DNA from: a virus
Virus record (IMG/VR): IMGVR_UViG_3300045988_182214
Length of the DNA stretch: 64,000 nt
Direction: 5' to 3' (one strand)
Part shown: positions 38,225-47,451 of the stretch, in pieces
Layout of the letters: each line of letters starts with the position of its first letter
How positions within the stretch are numbered: the stretch's first letter is position 1
The notes under the pieces: model-generated
What the model was told of the DNA's origin: nothing
The model's database searches: none
What the model saw: the letters and a program-made list of their open reading frames with translations, nothing else
Position numbers and translations under genes: made by a program

Positions 38225-38500
38225 ATGACATTTAAAGAAGCTAGAAAAGAAGCAAGAAAAATAGCACAGCAAACTGGATATTGGGGATATATTTTTAAGG
38301 ATAAATCCGGGGAATGGTTTACATCAGACTGTAATAATTTTACTTCTGATAATTCATTCTATGTAAATAAGGATGGTAAGATCCTTAACATGCAAAAATA
38401 TGAGAAGATAAAAAAGAAGCTTGATAAGCAGGGAATTAAAGGACTGTGTTTATTTTCACCCGAATTAATGAAATATATTGAACAGCATGGTGATTATTAG
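38225..38500 (+). CDS. hypothetical protein
   Basis: SD TAGGAGA upstream. Confidence 0.45.
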   Translation: MTFKEARKEARKIAQQTGYWGYIFKDKSGEWFTSDCNNFTSDNSFYVNKDGKILNMQKYEKIKKKLDKQGIKGLCLFSPELMKYIEQHGDY

Positions 38501-38631
38501 AAATATGATAAAAAAATTACAATATATAGTGATTTTTCTTTAATTTAAGTTAGTACATTTACACTACTTAAATATAAAATAGTGTGGATTTTACACTATT
38601 TAGATAGAAGATAATAAATGGGGGGCTATTT

Positions 38632-38922
38632 ATGAAGATTATTATACTTTCGTTTGTTATAACTTTTATGGTAATAATGCTGTTTAAATCAACTATTGAT
38701 TTAATTGACAGAGTAAAAGAGAAGTCATTTCTATATAGTCTTATTGAGCAATGCACTGATTGCAGCCATGATGAGATTATTACCTTTAAGAAGCAGTTAT
38801 CAAGGGAAGAGCAGATGGCATTTTTAAAGTCACTTAAGTATAAGGAGTCTTATAAGAATGGATTTCTTATTACAGAAGAGATAGATTTAAAAATATATGA
38901 ACCAATACTAAAAAGGAGATAA
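38632..38922 (+). CDS. small membrane protein
   Basis: SD GGGGGG upstream; C-terminal QMAFLKSL...YEPILKRR similar to 37528..38070. Confidence 0.45.
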   Translation: MKIIILSFVITFMVIMLFKSTIDLIDRVKEKSFLYSLIEQCTDCSHDEIITFKKQLSREEQMAFLKSLKYKESYKNGFLITEEIDLKIYEPILKRR

Positions 38923-38925
38923 GTT

Positions 38926-39603
38926 ATGAAATTTAAGAAAAAGAAATCATTTTGGAAAGAATTTTTTAATGAGTGTATAGGAGTAATATTAGTCGGGGCA
39001 ATTATAATATATATTGCCTTATCTGCCATTATAGGAAATCTGATATTGCCATACATAAATAATGGAAAAGAAATAAATCCGTATATAGAAGATGTAAGCA
39101 GTAAGTTTACAATATTTTTAATAAAAACAATCATAGGTGCTATATATCTATTTGGCGCAATTTTCATGCTGTTAATTGCTTTTGCTATTATAAGCATAAT
39201 TGTAATAGCAATAGTAACCGGAATAACACATATAACAGCCGTAAAACGATATACATATTTGCCTCTTACAGTAGATGAAGTAAGAGAAGCTATAAATGCA
39301 GGATTATTTAAAGATACTCCTGAAAGCTATACAGATTATCTTACAAAACAGATGAAGTATTTTGATGGCAGTATAACCTTTTCAGTTGATGATATGAAAA
39401 TAATAACAAAAACAATAAAAGAAATATGGGATGAATCATTTAAACTTAATAAAGATTATCTTATCAGGAATAAAATAGAAAGTTATGATTATCTCCCATT
39501 TGAATTTAGGGATGACAGAGATGATTTATTTTGCCAGTTAAAGAAAGGCAAAACAGTAACTTTTGATATGGATGAAGGGTCTTTGATTCAGACTATTAAA
39601 TAA
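38926..39603 (+). CDS. membrane protein
   Basis: SD AAGGAG upstream; three TM helices. Confidence 0.5.
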   Translation: MKFKKKKSFWKEFFNECIGVILVGAIIIYIALSAIIGNLILPYINNGKEINPYIEDVSSKFTIFLIKTIIGAIYLFGAIFMLLIAFAIISIIVIAIVTGITHITAVKRYTYLPLTVDEVREAINAGLFKDTPESYTDYLTKQMKYFDGSITFSVDDMKIITKTIKEIWDESFKLNKDYLIRNKIESYDYLPFEFRDDRDDLFCQLKKGKTVTFDMDEGSLIQTIK

Positions 39604-39619
39604 AAGAGAGAGGCATGGA

Positions 39620-39982
39620 ATGAAAAAAATTGGGACTATAATATTATATTTTATAATCGGAGTTACAGTCATAGCAGTTATGAAAGAAACCACAGAAGAA
39701 GTCCAGCTTTACAGTATCAGTACGGATAAGGAATATGAAGGTTCATTTGTATTAGGTTCAGGAAGTATTGATTCACAGGAATATATAACTGCTTATCAAA
39801 TTACAGAAGATGGTGGTAAGAAGTATTTCAAAATGAATAGAGATAAAGTAACAATCTATGAGACATTAAACAATAATGAACAGGCTTATGCCGTGATAAA
39901 AAAGGCTTTATTAGGTATTGAAGAAATTAAATTGTATGTTCCAAAAAATACAATAGAAAAGGAAATTAATCTTAATTTATAG
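39620..39982 (+). CDS. signal-anchored small protein
   Basis: SD GAGAGG upstream; N-terminal hydrophobic segment. Confidence 0.5.
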   Translation: MKKIGTIILYFIIGVTVIAVMKETTEEVQLYSISTDKEYEGSFVLGSGSIDSQEYITAYQITEDGGKKYFKMNRDKVTIYETLNNNEQAYAVIKKALLGIEEIKLYVPKNTIEKEINLNL

Positions 39983-40001
39983 TAGGGATAAATTTTGGAT
40001 T

Positions 40002-40091
40002 GACAGATATGATTTATTTTGCCAGTTAGAGAGAAACAAAACAGTTGCTTTTGATATTGATGGTTGTTCTTTAATTCAAAATGTCAAATAA
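40002..40091 (+). pseudogene. 3'-terminal remnant of a paralog of 38926..39603
   Basis: DRYDLFCQLERNKTVAFDIDGCSLIQNVK* versus the C-terminus DRDDLFCQLKKGKTVTFDMDEGSLIQTIK* of 38926..39603; no start codon. Confidence 0.55.
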
Positions 40092-40187
40092 AGAAAAAGG
40101 AAAAATTTTGATACATTTGATGATACTGATATAAAAAATCAAAAAGACAAAATTAATAAAGAATCATTAATAGTAGGAGAATAAGGT

Positions 40188-40709
40188 ATGAATTTAAAAT
40201 TAAAAACACATAACGAATATTTGAATATTAATTTTGATAATGCGACTGATGAAAATATTAATAAATCTTTATCAAAAAAACGAATAGCTAAAATTGTTTT
40301 AGCAGGTATTCTTATATGTTTTATTTTAAGAATTATAAGTTTGATTATAAAACTTACATTTATTTCAATAATTGCGTTAATAGGTTTTAGTGTTTTTATA
40401 TATTTAAGTTTATTTATATTTATCAGTAAAGACATTGATTCCACTGTTATAGGTATTAAAAATTTAAAATATTGGGATAAAATAATAGCTTTAAAAAAGG
40501 TTATTCAAGAAATAGACATGAATAAAGAAGTATATTTTCAATCAGATTTTACAGAGCTTCTTTATTTTAAAAAAAATAGCAGCATATATTCTGAATATAA
40601 GTTACCTTTAAGTGAAATAAAATATTCTGAATCAGATAACTTTGATTTAACTTATGACAAAAATACATTAAATATAATTTTGTATGTTCCTATAAAATAC
40701 ATGTATTGA
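40188..40709 (+). CDS. membrane protein
   Basis: SD TAGGAGA upstream; TM helices. Confidence 0.5.
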   Translation: MNLKLKTHNEYLNINFDNATDENINKSLSKKRIAKIVLAGILICFILRIISLIIKLTFISIIALIGFSVFIYLSLFIFISKDIDSTVIGIKNLKYWDKIIALKKVIQEIDMNKEVYFQSDFTELLYFKKNSSIYSEYKLPLSEIKYSESDNFDLTYDKNTLNIILYVPIKYMY

Positions 40710-40759
40710 AAAAGCAACAAATGATTTTATTCTTAATTCTAAAAGAAAGGATGATCGTT

Positions 40760-41050
40760 ATGACAGATAAAGAATTTCATGATTTGAATAATTATAAAAA
40801 AGAAATAGGAAAAATGAGTGTTGAAATGGCAAATGCAAAATTCCATAAAGGATATTCTGATGATTCTGATGGATATAGTTTTGAAGATTCAATAGCTGAT
40901 TTAGAATTTAAGCGAGATATTCTAAGAGGAGTTGATCCTATTGACGCATTATGTGACCTACAAGAGAAAACACTTGTATATCAATTATTAAATCCTAATC
41001 CAAATATTTATGAGCAGGAAGAAATTTTTGATTACGATGAGGATTATTAA
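40760..41050 (+). CDS. hypothetical acidic protein
   Basis: SD AAAGGA 9 nt upstream of ATG 40760 (in frame with ORF-track start 40706). Confidence 0.45.
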   Translation: MTDKEFHDLNNYKKEIGKMSVEMANAKFHKGYSDDSDGYSFEDSIADLEFKRDILRGVDPIDALCDLQEKTLVYQLLNPNPNIYEQEEIFDYDEDY

Positions 41051-41248
41051 TTACAGTAAAATAAAATCTACCATAGGAGCAGGAACGAATTTCTTCTCAA
41101 AGAAAGCAAGAAAAGAACAATCGAAAATATTGAAACTAATGGCTTTGAAGAATATGACATTGAAACTGAAGAAGAATGGAAAGTTATTAAAAATGAAATT
41201 TTAGATATTTGTATTGAATGTATTAAGAAGCTAAACCTTTGGAGACCC

Positions 41249-41272
41249 ACTTATACCTTGTACTCAGCATAA
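41249..41272 (+). repeat. bracket box L, copy A (ACTTATACCTTGTACTCAGCATA)
   Basis: Matches 51837..51859 ACTTATGCTTTGTACTCAGTATA. Confidence 0.5.
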
Positions 41273-41520
41273 TTTTATCAGCTATCCAATATAGTATTAA
41301 ATTTGCACTTTAGAATTTATATCCTGACATACCACATTAAAACTAAATACAATCTGATTTTTGTATAGAAGATGATTGAAGCCATACCCTGTTATATTAA
41401 ACTGCTAAACACATGTATAGCTCTTAATGTTAACAGGGTATTTTATGTTTTTCTCTGACATTCAGATACTTCTGTTTGGATATCAGATCATATGCTTATT
41501 TTTACATATAGGTTCCCCAT

Positions 41521-41550
41521 CAAACCATAAATTAGTAACTTAAAGCTTCG
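41521..41550 (+). repeat. bracket box R, copy A (CAAACCATAAATTAGTAACTTAAAGCTTCG)
   Basis: Matches 51994..52023 CAAACCATAAATTTGTAACTTAAAACTTCA. Confidence 0.5.
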
Positions 41551-41691
41551 GCAGGATTACTGATATTACTTGAAAATATAAACGGCACACTTAATGATAT
41601 ATGCTTTTTATGTCAAAAATTTAATTTAAAATTCTGCCATATTAACTTTAGCAATTTAAATTTCTGAATAAAAAATTTAAATATTATTTAT

Positions 41692-41701
41692 TCTGTCATA
41701 T
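41692..41701 (+). promoter_or_regulatory. promoter-like motif TCTGTCATAT
   Basis: 38 nt upstream of ATG 41739. Confidence 0.5.
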
Positions 41702-41738
41702 TAATAAATAAAAAATATAAATAAGAAAGGAAATAAAA

Positions 41739-42086
41739 ATGAGTAAAATACAATTATTAAAAAGAAGCAAAAAAATGTTTTATTGTTTCCCGGCAATTTG
41801 TCTGTTGTTATCAGGATGTGGATTATTTAATAATAGTGTGCAACCAATTAATATAGTTACAGAGGAAAGTACTGTTTCAAACAATAATCAGACTTATATT
41901 GATAACAAAGAATATGACAAAATAGTTATAAACAGTGAAGAAGAAGCTGAAGCTTTATTAAATGCCAATACATTACCGGTAACAATCAATACTGAATCAA
42001 TTTCTTATGATGGTCCTATAGACCCTGAAACTATTAATCAAGAAGTAAAAGAAAAATATGGAGAAAATGCTGAATTTGACATGTAG
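41739..42086 (+). CDS. lipoprotein (lipobox LLSGC); the frame continues past its TAG to 42296
   Basis: Signal peptide plus LLSGC. After the TAG at 42084..42086, the same frame reads 69 sense codons (EWNIKITTYTLPDGTKLQTSNETSF...QAIKEQIN*). Confidence 0.55.
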   Translation: MSKIQLLKRSKKMFYCFPAICLLLSGCGLFNNSVQPINIVTEESTVSNNNQTYIDNKEYDKIVINSEEEAEALLNANTLPVTINTESISYDGPIDPETINQEVKEKYGENAEFDM

Positions 42087-42328
42087 GAATGGAATATCAA
42101 AATAACTACATACACATTACCGGATGGAACAAAACTTCAAACAAGTAATGAAACTTCTTTTAATTCAGGAAGCAGTTTTATATTTAATGATAATAACAAT
42201 AATGAGTATCGTTTTTATAATTTTATGGAAAACCAAGAGGGTTTTTATGTAATTCCCAGCAAATTATATCAAGCTATAAAAGAGCAGATTAATTAATGAA
42301 AATCAAAAAATAAGAAAGGAAACATAAA

Positions 42329-42592
42329 ATGATAAAAAATTCTGATACTTTCAAAAATTGTACAAATTTAACAGAAATTGTAGGTATTAATAATTGTACA
42401 AGTTTAACAGAGATAACAATACCAGATAGTGTAAAAACTATAAGTATGTACGCATTTAATAAATGTACTAATTTAACAAGTGTAATATATAAAGGAACTA
42501 CATATACAACTAAAAGTAGCTTATCCAGTGCTTTAAAAGCTAATGGTGTAAAATGTGATTCAGATGCATTTAATAATGCAGGATTAAAATAA
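42329..42592 (+). CDS. leucine-rich-repeat (BspA-type) fragment
   Basis: FKNCTNLTEIVGINNCTSLTEITIPDSVKTISMYAFNKCTNLTSV. Confidence 0.5.
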   Translation: MIKNSDTFKNCTNLTEIVGINNCTSLTEITIPDSVKTISMYAFNKCTNLTSVIYKGTTYTTKSSLSSALKANGVKCDSDAFNNAGLK

Positions 42593-42607
42593 AATATAAA
42601 TATCTTT

Positions 42608-42637
42608 AAGCCGGTTACTTTTGTAGCCGGCTTTTCT
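42608..42637 (+). terminator. candidate terminator
   Basis: AAGCCGGTTAC tttt GTAGCCGGCTT followed by TTCTG; a similar hairpin occurs at 58939. Confidence 0.45.
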
Positions 42638-42766
42638 GATGCGTTTTTAAATCATTTAATACTATAAAAATTGTTAGCATTGTATATAATTAAATGACAA
42701 AAACAAATACAAGAACCATTAAAAAAGATATTGAAAACAAATATTTTGTGTCAAATAATTTATTTA

Positions 42767-42780
42767 ATTTTCTGTCATAT
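42767..42780 (+). promoter_or_regulatory. promoter-like motif TTTTCTGTCATAT
   Basis: 38 nt upstream of ATG 42818. Confidence 0.55.
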
Positions 42781-42817
42781 AGTATAGGAAAATATATTAT
42801 ATAAAGGAGAATTCACT

Positions 42818-43255
42818 ATGTTAATTGATGATTTAAGAAACAATATTAAAATTTCTTTAAAGGAGAAGATTGAAACAAGAAATAGTATTAATTATTCTGT
42901 ATACAAGAATATATTAGACAAGGCTCAGAAAGATGCAAAAGAAAATAAATGTGATGTAATTGCTGATGAATATATAATAAGAGCAGCAAGAAAGGAATTA
43001 AAGCAGCTTGAGGATACTCTTTCATATATTACAAACGAGAGTGATCCAAAGAGATTTTCAGAGCTTACAGAAAGCATTGCAGTTGTAAATAATTTCTTAC
43101 CTAAGTCTGTATCAAAGCAGGAAATTGCTGAATATTTATTAGACTCTCATATTGAAAAGAATATGGGAATATGTATGAAATCACTTAAGCTCAAGTTTGG
43201 AGCATTGTTAGACAGTAAAATTGCATCAGAAGTTGTAAAGGAATATATTAAATAA
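42818..43255 (+). CDS. GatB/YqeY-domain protein
   Basis: About 145 aa; ...EYLLD..., MGICMKSLKLKFGALLDSKIASEVVKEYIK resembles the YqeY C-terminal MG.VM...G.ADGK.V...VK..L. Confidence 0.5.
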   Translation: MLIDDLRNNIKISLKEKIETRNSINYSVYKNILDKAQKDAKENKCDVIADEYIIRAARKELKQLEDTLSYITNESDPKRFSELTESIAVVNNFLPKSVSKQEIAEYLLDSHIEKNMGICMKSLKLKFGALLDSKIASEVVKEYIK

Positions 43256-43285
43256 TATGAATAAAAGAAAAGAGAGGTATTAAAT

Positions 43286-43483
43286 ATGCTTGGTTGCCCA
43301 TTTTGCGGTCATTCTGATGGGAATGATGATGAAATCATTGAGAAAGAAATTAATTATATGAATAATGAAGAATGCCAGATTGATATTATAAAAGAATGTG
43401 ATATATGTGGAAAAAAGTATAAGGTTGAAAAGACATTCACTAAATCCTATGAAAAGTATTCTTATGATTATGATTGTAATTAA
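43286..43483 (+). CDS. Zn-ribbon protein (GCPFCGH ... CDICG)
   Basis: Two CxxC pairs; SD GAGAGG upstream. Confidence 0.45.
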   Translation: MLGCPFCGHSDGNDDEIIEKEINYMNNEECQIDIIKECDICGKKYKVEKTFTKSYEKYSYDYDCN

Positions 43484-43688
43484 ATATTAGTCAAATAAAA
43501 TAATTAATTAAAAAATAAATGAGTGATTATTTTAAAGCATACTTTTTCTAAGTGTATATAAATATTGATAGATATCCACATAAAGAAATGGTTCGAGAAA
43601 TAATATTAATGGCTTTGTACAGTGTTAAAAATTTTTAGAATATAAGGAAATAGAATATAGGTAAATTTAACCGGATTGAGGTGATACT

Positions 43689-44039
43689 TTGAAAAATAAA
43701 CAGGCGATAGCAATGATAAAAGATAAATTAATACAAAAAATAAAATGGGAATTGCCAAATTCTCCCCAAATGGAAATGTTTATGTATGGTGAAGCAAGCG
43801 TGGAAGCTAATAAAGAGATGCAGGGACCATTAGAGAAATTGTATCAATATGAAAATCAACCAGACATGAGAGAAAAAGTAAGAGAATATATTAATCAACT
43901 TGATAAGGAGATTAAAAGAGCTGAAAGTGAAATTGTTAATACAGACGATAAAAATTATGAAGCTCGTATGATGTCAAGACTTAATACATTAACAGAAGTC
44001 AGAAATGATTTACTTGGAAGATTGGAAGAGGTGGTATAA
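43689..44039 (+). CDS. hypothetical protein
   Basis: TTG start with SD GAGGTGA upstream. Confidence 0.4.
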   Translation: MKNKQAIAMIKDKLIQKIKWELPNSPQMEMFMYGEASVEANKEMQGPLEKLYQYENQPDMREKVREYINQLDKEIKRAESEIVNTDDKNYEARMMSRLNTLTEVRNDLLGRLEEVV

Positions 44040-44040
44040 G

Positions 44041-44205
44041 ATGACTAATTTAGAGAAATTAAGAACTGGAACAGATGAAGAAGTATTACATCTTATGCAG
44101 CGATTTGCATATAGAAGTCTTAGTTATACTTATCAAGAACTTCAGACGGAGGAATTTTTGCAAGAAGAATGTCATGTAAATTATAAAGGCGAAGCTATAA
44201 AATAG
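44041..44205 (+). CDS. small protein
   Basis: SD GAGGTGG; ATG 1 nt after the upstream stop. Confidence 0.35.
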   Translation: MTNLEKLRTGTDEEVLHLMQRFAYRSLSYTYQELQTEEFLQEECHVNYKGEAIK

Positions 44206-44392
44206 GAAGGGAAACGGATAAAAATATTAAAGAATAAGGTAAATAAGATAAAGGCAAAACTGATTGTAGAAGTTGAAGGAAAATTTTATGATAATGAATC
44301 GTCAGAAGAGACATTGAGATACTGTGTCGAACAGGACCTTGAAGATGCAGGATTCAATATCATTGATGTGTCGGTAATGAAGTGAGGTGTGA

Positions 44393-44602
44393 TTGATGGA
44401 AAGATATATGGAATGTTCTACATGTGGCAAGTCATTACTTGAAAATTCAATTATTGTTGTAAGAACTGGGTTTACAGATAAATATTGTTCATATGGTTGT
44501 GCAGCAATTGGTAGTGGATTTTTTAAAAATATAAAATTAACTGATGAAATTGTCCAAGAACACAAATCTTGTGATGGAAGAGATTGGCTAATAGGAGATT
44601 GA
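44393..44602 (+). CDS. Zn-binding small protein (CSTCG ... CSYGC)
   Basis: SD GAGGTG upstream. Confidence 0.4.
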   Translation: MMERYMECSTCGKSLLENSIIVVRTGFTDKYCSYGCAAIGSGFFKNIKLTDEIVQEHKSCDGRDWLIGD

Positions 44603-44612
44603 TGTGATATAA

Positions 44613-44813
44613 ATGAGCCAAATTAATAAAACACAAAATAATTTGCAGTCAGTATGGAATAATTTGGATCTTGCTTATGAACATATGGAAAGAGCTATTG
44701 AGGATTTATCGCAAATGACTGGACTACCTGATGAATTAGAGAAAATGATTGGGCAGTATGATTTATCGGAAATTAGTATGATAAAGCAGGAAGTTGAAGA
44801 ATTGATGAAATGA
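44613..44813 (+). CDS. small protein
   Basis: SD GGAGA upstream. Confidence 0.4.
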   Translation: MSQINKTQNNLQSVWNNLDLAYEHMERAIEDLSQMTGLPDELEKMIGQYDLSEISMIKQEVEELMK

Positions 44814-44823
44814 GGTAATGTAG

Positions 44824-45087
44824 ATGGAAAATAAAAAAACATTAAAATATTTAAATGATATGAAGAATAGTAAAATGCCACCATTTGATAGTCAATATGA
44901 ATTTTTCTTTGCTACACTGGAAAATTATTATATTGCAAAATCAAATGGTGCAAAGATTATAAAAGAGGAGCTTGTGGAATGGGATTCTGAAGCACAAAAA
45001 GAAATTGTTAATATATTGGCTGATATTATAGAATCTGATGAATTAATTGGCTTTGATAGAAATGATATTTTATCGTTAGCTGATTAA
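44824..45087 (+). CDS. small protein
   Basis: SD GAGGTAA upstream. Confidence 0.45.
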   Translation: MENKKTLKYLNDMKNSKMPPFDSQYEFFFATLENYYIAKSNGAKIIKEELVEWDSEAQKEIVNILADIIESDELIGFDRNDILSLAD

Positions 45088-45127
45088 ATGATGATTTCTG
45101 GGTAAATAGATTGGAGATAATAATAAA

Positions 45128-45406
45128 ATGGTAAAATTAAAAGTAGGCAGAGATATACTTAATATTGATAATAATGATTTAATTTTGGATAATGGAGCTT
45201 GTTATCAAATTATTACGAAAGAAAAGAACGAAGGTTTTAAATCTTACCCAGTTAGAATGAGTAAGAAACTATTTAATGATTTAAAAAAGTACGATCTGAT
45301 TTTTACAAATGAAGGATTAAAACAAGATGCTATTAAAAGATATAGTGTGCTAAATGTAACTTATTGGAAATTTAACATAGAAAAAATGCAAAGATTTGGA
45401 TATTGA
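45128..45406 (+). CDS. small protein
   Basis: SD GGAGA upstream. Confidence 0.45.
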   Translation: MVKLKVGRDILNIDNNDLILDNGACYQIITKEKNEGFKSYPVRMSKKLFNDLKKYDLIFTNEGLKQDAIKRYSVLNVTYWKFNIEKMQRFGY

Positions 45407-45505
45407 AGATTTTATAATATCAAATAATATCGGCAAAACCCCGAAGCTTAAAGCTTCGTGGGATAAGCCGATTTTTTTATGCTTTAGACAAAATTATATT
45501 TTAGC

Positions 45506-45515
45506 TCTGTCATAT
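45506..45515 (+). promoter_or_regulatory. promoter-like motif TCTGTCATAT
   Basis: Two nt upstream of dispersed element copy 4; no ORF downstream. Confidence 0.5.
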
Positions 45516-45516
45516 T

Positions 45517-45575
45517 AATTATCGAAGAATAGCACGAAAACTCCATTCAACAAAAATCGGTTGCGAATAGTTCAT
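45517..45575 (+). repeat. dispersed structured element, copy 4 (promoter - element - terminator; candidate sRNA)
   Basis: AATTATCGAAGAATAGCACGAAAACTCCATTCAACAAAAATCGGTTGCGAATAGTTCAT. Confidence 0.6.
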
Positions 45576-45623
45576 AGAAACTGAAATGTAAAATATATAC
45601 TTAACAATAATTTAAGAATTGTC

Positions 45624-45660
45624 ACACTAAAAAATTTCTTAGTGTAAGATCCTTTTTTTT
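45624..45660 (+). terminator. candidate terminator
   Basis: ACACTAA aaaatttc TTAGTGT, then aagatcc, then T8. Confidence 0.4.
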
Positions 45661-45669
45661 CTGTCATAT
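45656..45669 (+). promoter_or_regulatory. promoter-like motif TTTTTCTGTCATAT
   Basis: 35 nt upstream of ATG 45704. Confidence 0.55.
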
Positions 45670-45703
45670 ATAAATTATCAAAATGAAAAGGAGAAACAAA
45701 TTT

Positions 45704-46243
45704 ATGAATAATGCATACACATACAAGGCAAAGAAAATAAATTGGAGAACCAGTACTAAAGATGAAGAAGAGCAGTATGTAACAGGTAATATTGTTACTG
45801 TAAACGGCAGATATTTTATTGTTAATCCTGAAATAGTAACTGATTGTGGACTTACAGGGTTATCTTTTGATAGTGGTTTTACAGAAATAGATAAAGATAC
45901 AATCGAACCGGTAATTAGCCCTGTTATTGATAAGAAGAAAGAAGTATTAATAAAGGTTCATTCAGAGCTTATTGACCTTTCGGATTCTACAACCGGGGAA
46001 GAACTTGCAGCTCTTTGTGATGCATGTGGTTATGATTATGATACGTTAAGAGAATGGGATAAGGAGTGCAAAGTATACATATCCGGTAATATAGAATATA
46101 GTAATTTTACCAGAGCATTAGCTGAAAGCAACTATGATAATAATGCACTGATTGATTATGCTAAAAAGTATAAAGAATTTATGAATGAACCGCTTGTAAA
46201 GACAAATAATATTAAATCAAAGATTTTTGACAAAGAACTTTAA
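45704..46243 (+). CDS. hypothetical protein
   Basis: SD AAAGGAG upstream of ATG 45704 (in frame with ORF-track start 45683). Confidence 0.5.
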   Translation: MNNAYTYKAKKINWRTSTKDEEEQYVTGNIVTVNGRYFIVNPEIVTDCGLTGLSFDSGFTEIDKDTIEPVISPVIDKKKEVLIKVHSELIDLSDSTTGEELAALCDACGYDYDTLREWDKECKVYISGNIEYSNFTRALAESNYDNNALIDYAKKYKEFMNEPLVKTNNIKSKIFDKEL

Positions 46244-46252
46244 ATTTTAAGA

Positions 46253-46293
46253 CTGGTACTTAAATGTGATATATTTTTGTACCAGCTCTTTTA
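46253..46293 (+). terminator. rho-independent terminator
   Basis: CTGGTAC ... GTACCAG followed by CTCTTTTAATT. Confidence 0.55.
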
Positions 46294-46468
46294 ATTAGTT
46301 TTTTACAATGTTTTACCATAAAATAATTATAATTAAGTCAAGAAATAAAATTGAAGAACTAAATTATGATTAAAAAGACAATAGACCTGATAAATAAAGA
46401 TATAAAGCTTTTTCTGAACGGGATAAAAAAACAGCAAAGCTTAAAAAACATATGAAGGAGAATTTTTT

Positions 46469-46942
46469 ATGAATGGTTATGAAAAGATTTCAGATGAATC
46501 AAAAAGACAGGAAAAAGTCAATAGATTAAAGAGTAAGATACTGACTGATATAAATAAAAAGATAGATGTATGTAAACGGGAGTTACATTCAGATACTACT
46601 TCAGATGAAGATTATTCTTTTTGGGTATACAGATATTTTTATCTGTTAGAACTAAAAAAATATATTGAAGATAAATATACATTTATGTGTTGGACATATG
46701 AATATAAAGATAAAGATATTAGGATTTATATAATAAAGGATCTTTATCTTGATATCTGGCTTCAGGATGATTATCCATTTGTTAATACTTTTTTGTATAA
46801 CTTAGAATTTGAGACAGAGATAAAATGTAATTACAGTAATATATATTCTTATCTGAATGATAATTATTTCGGTTATAATTTTACAGATATAGTTGATGAA
46901 GTCTTATATAAGCAAAAGCTTCAGAAAAACTGCCATGAGTAA
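46469..46942 (+). CDS. hypothetical protein
   Basis: SD AAGGAG upstream. Confidence 0.5.
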   Translation: MNGYEKISDESKRQEKVNRLKSKILTDINKKIDVCKRELHSDTTSDEDYSFWVYRYFYLLELKKYIEDKYTFMCWTYEYKDKDIRIYIIKDLYLDIWLQDDYPFVNTFLYNLEFETEIKCNYSNIYSYLNDNYFGYNFTDIVDEVLYKQKLQKNCHE

Positions 46943-47029
46943 TTAGTCATGCAAGATGAGCAGCTACGAAGTAAATGTAAGAGAAGAATAAACAAATAAG
47001 AATTATTGGCTTCATTAGGAGGTAAAGTA

Positions 47030-47413
47030 TTGGGACGATTATGGGAAAAAGTAGAAAATAAGTTAAATAAAAGTGGTCGAAAATGGAAAGAAAGTGAATA
47101 CATACCATATAGATGTGCTGAACTATTTTGTGAAAAATGCGGTAAGAGTATGGGTGTACAAGATATTATATGCACCGATTTGCGAACACTTATATACTGC
47201 AATGCTTGTGTTAAACCGTATATACGACAAGTACCATATAATTTGGCAGACGATAAAGAGATAGTTTTTGATAATGGTTTAACCATTGAAATCAAATATA
47301 AGGACAATTATTATCATGACCTGACTTGTAATAAGATTTGTTATTTTAATAAAAAAGGAAGATATATCAAGATTAAAGGAAAAACTTATTACTTAAATAT
47401 TAATCAAAAATAG
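47030..47413 (+). CDS. Cys-rich (Zn-binding) protein
   Basis: TTG start 7 nt after GGAGGT (in frame with ORF-track start 47006); CAELFCEKCG ... CNAC. Confidence 0.4.
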   Translation: MGRLWEKVENKLNKSGRKWKESEYIPYRCAELFCEKCGKSMGVQDIICTDLRTLIYCNACVKPYIRQVPYNLADDKEIVFDNGLTIEIKYKDNYYHDLTCNKICYFNKKGRYIKIKGKTYYLNINQK

Positions 47414-47451
47414 TACCAAGAAATTTCGATTTTTTATGAGGAGAAAAATTT

